DNA of 64,000 nucleotides from Azolla caroliniana (Eukaryota; Plantae; Polypodiophyta): the NCBI GenBank assembly GCA_043228905.1, contig JBHGNT010000016.1:14074001-14138000 (forward strand), read 5' to 3'. Position 1 is the stretch's first letter. Each line of letters opens with the position of its first letter. The translations under genes were made by a program, and so were the position numbers. A model generated the notes under the pieces. That model was not told the DNA's origin. It saw only the letters and a program-made list of their open reading frames with translations, and searched no databases. Of this stretch, positions 62,801 to 64,000 are shown piece after piece.

Positions 62801-64000
62801 CACGACAACAGACAAATCGTCTGAAGTTTGGACGTAGTGTTCAATGAGTCAACTATGCACAAGATGGCCAAAAGGCCTATTGAAGTCCGAAGGGTAACCT
62901 TTTCAAATGTGCCGACCCTTCACGAAGGCACATCCCATAACACGAGGTCGGCTTCACGGATTGTCGAATCCTCTAGCATCAGTTCAGTAGCACTCGGTTC
63001 GACTTTCGCTCATCCCACCTCGATACCCAATGTGACTAGTCCAGTTATACCTCGAAGATCCGAGAGACTGGCGCAGGCTCCAGAGAGGTACTCTCTTGGA
63101 ATCTTCTTTACGGATACTCACGAACTGATGTCATACCAAGAAGCATCAGCATCAGCCGGTTCGGCTAGATGGCATCTTGCAATGGAGTCAAAGATGAACT
63201 CCATTCAGGAAAACAAGACTTGGGACTTGGTCGAAGTACCAAAAAGTCGACGTGCTCTTCTATGCAAGTGGGTGTATAGATTAAAAGAAAACATCTGATT
63301 CGGCCACCCCAAAACTCAAGGCCAGATTAGTAGCAAAGGTTTTCCGAGAAGAATATGGTGTCGACTTCGACGAGATCTTTTCACTAATGGTGAAAATGAT
63401 GAACCTTCGCTTCATGCTTGGTATTGTTGCAATTGAGCACCTAGATCTAATCCAACTAGATGTATAAACAACATTCTTCCATGGTGACTTAGAGGAGGAA
63501 ATTTAGATGGAGCAACTGAAAGGCTTGCTGGCATCCGGCTAGGAACATCTAGTCTGTCGACTCAAGAAGAGTCTTTACGTCTTGAAACAGACACCGCCGT
63601 AGTTGTACAAGAATTTTGACGACTTCATCCAATCAATCGGCTTCTCAAAGAGTGATGAGGAGCACTGCCTCTTCACCAAAATAGCTCGAGATGGGTCTCC
63701 CATCTTCCTCATCATCTATGTGGACCATATGCTCCTCTTTGGTCGGCATGCTGGAGATCTCGCCGAACTCGTTTGGCAACTGCGGTTGAAGTTTTCCATG
63801 GAGGACCTCGGTCCAACAAGAACATCTTAGGGATGAAGATAATTCTACCTCAAGCTCAATGATAGTTGTTCCTGTCTCAAGCGAACTATATCGGACATGT
63901 CTTAGAACACTTCAACATGCAATCGGTCAAATCTGCTTCAACCCCGCTTCCCAATAAAACTCGCTTGTCTCAGTGAGACTGCTTCACATCCAATCCAGAG
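59831..64000 (+). mobile_element. Copia H (Tnt1/Tork-like), decayed; partial 5' LTR, runs off the window
   Basis: LTR end at 59950, PBS tggtatcagagc 59953-59964, SSLPPSWETF, CNYCKK, LVHSDLCGPM, ENKTWDLV, IYVDHML. Confidence 0.9.

Overview
Gene-poor, heavily nested transposable-element (TE) region; the Copia/Gypsy lineages suggest a non-seed land plant (bryophyte, lycophyte or fern; inference). No ordinary host gene or RNA gene is supported. Target-site duplications (TSDs) allow a reconstruction. An old Athila-like Gypsy (G) was split at ...NYTA|RVKEE... by a DNA transposon of at least 11 kb with 27-bp TIRs beginning GGG and a 4-bp TSD. This transposon carries a spliced Sola2-type transposase pseudogene and a convergent 6-exon partner gene. 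Its two ends (642-668 and 45429-45455) now lie in the same orientation, implying a later inversion with a breakpoint near 8107. Inside it are Gypsy A (10084-30803), containing Gypsy B (10730-23476), containing the self-priming chromovirus C (11945-17625), plus a solo LTR and a full-length Copia F (38466-43898). The rest is further Copia/Gypsy fragments, solo LTRs, a LINE 3' fragment and a second, DUF7869/Sola1-like transposase relic. Two unrelated Gypsy families carry tRNA-like Pol III A/B boxes in their LTRs. All family names come from motif recognition by eye, not from database searches.
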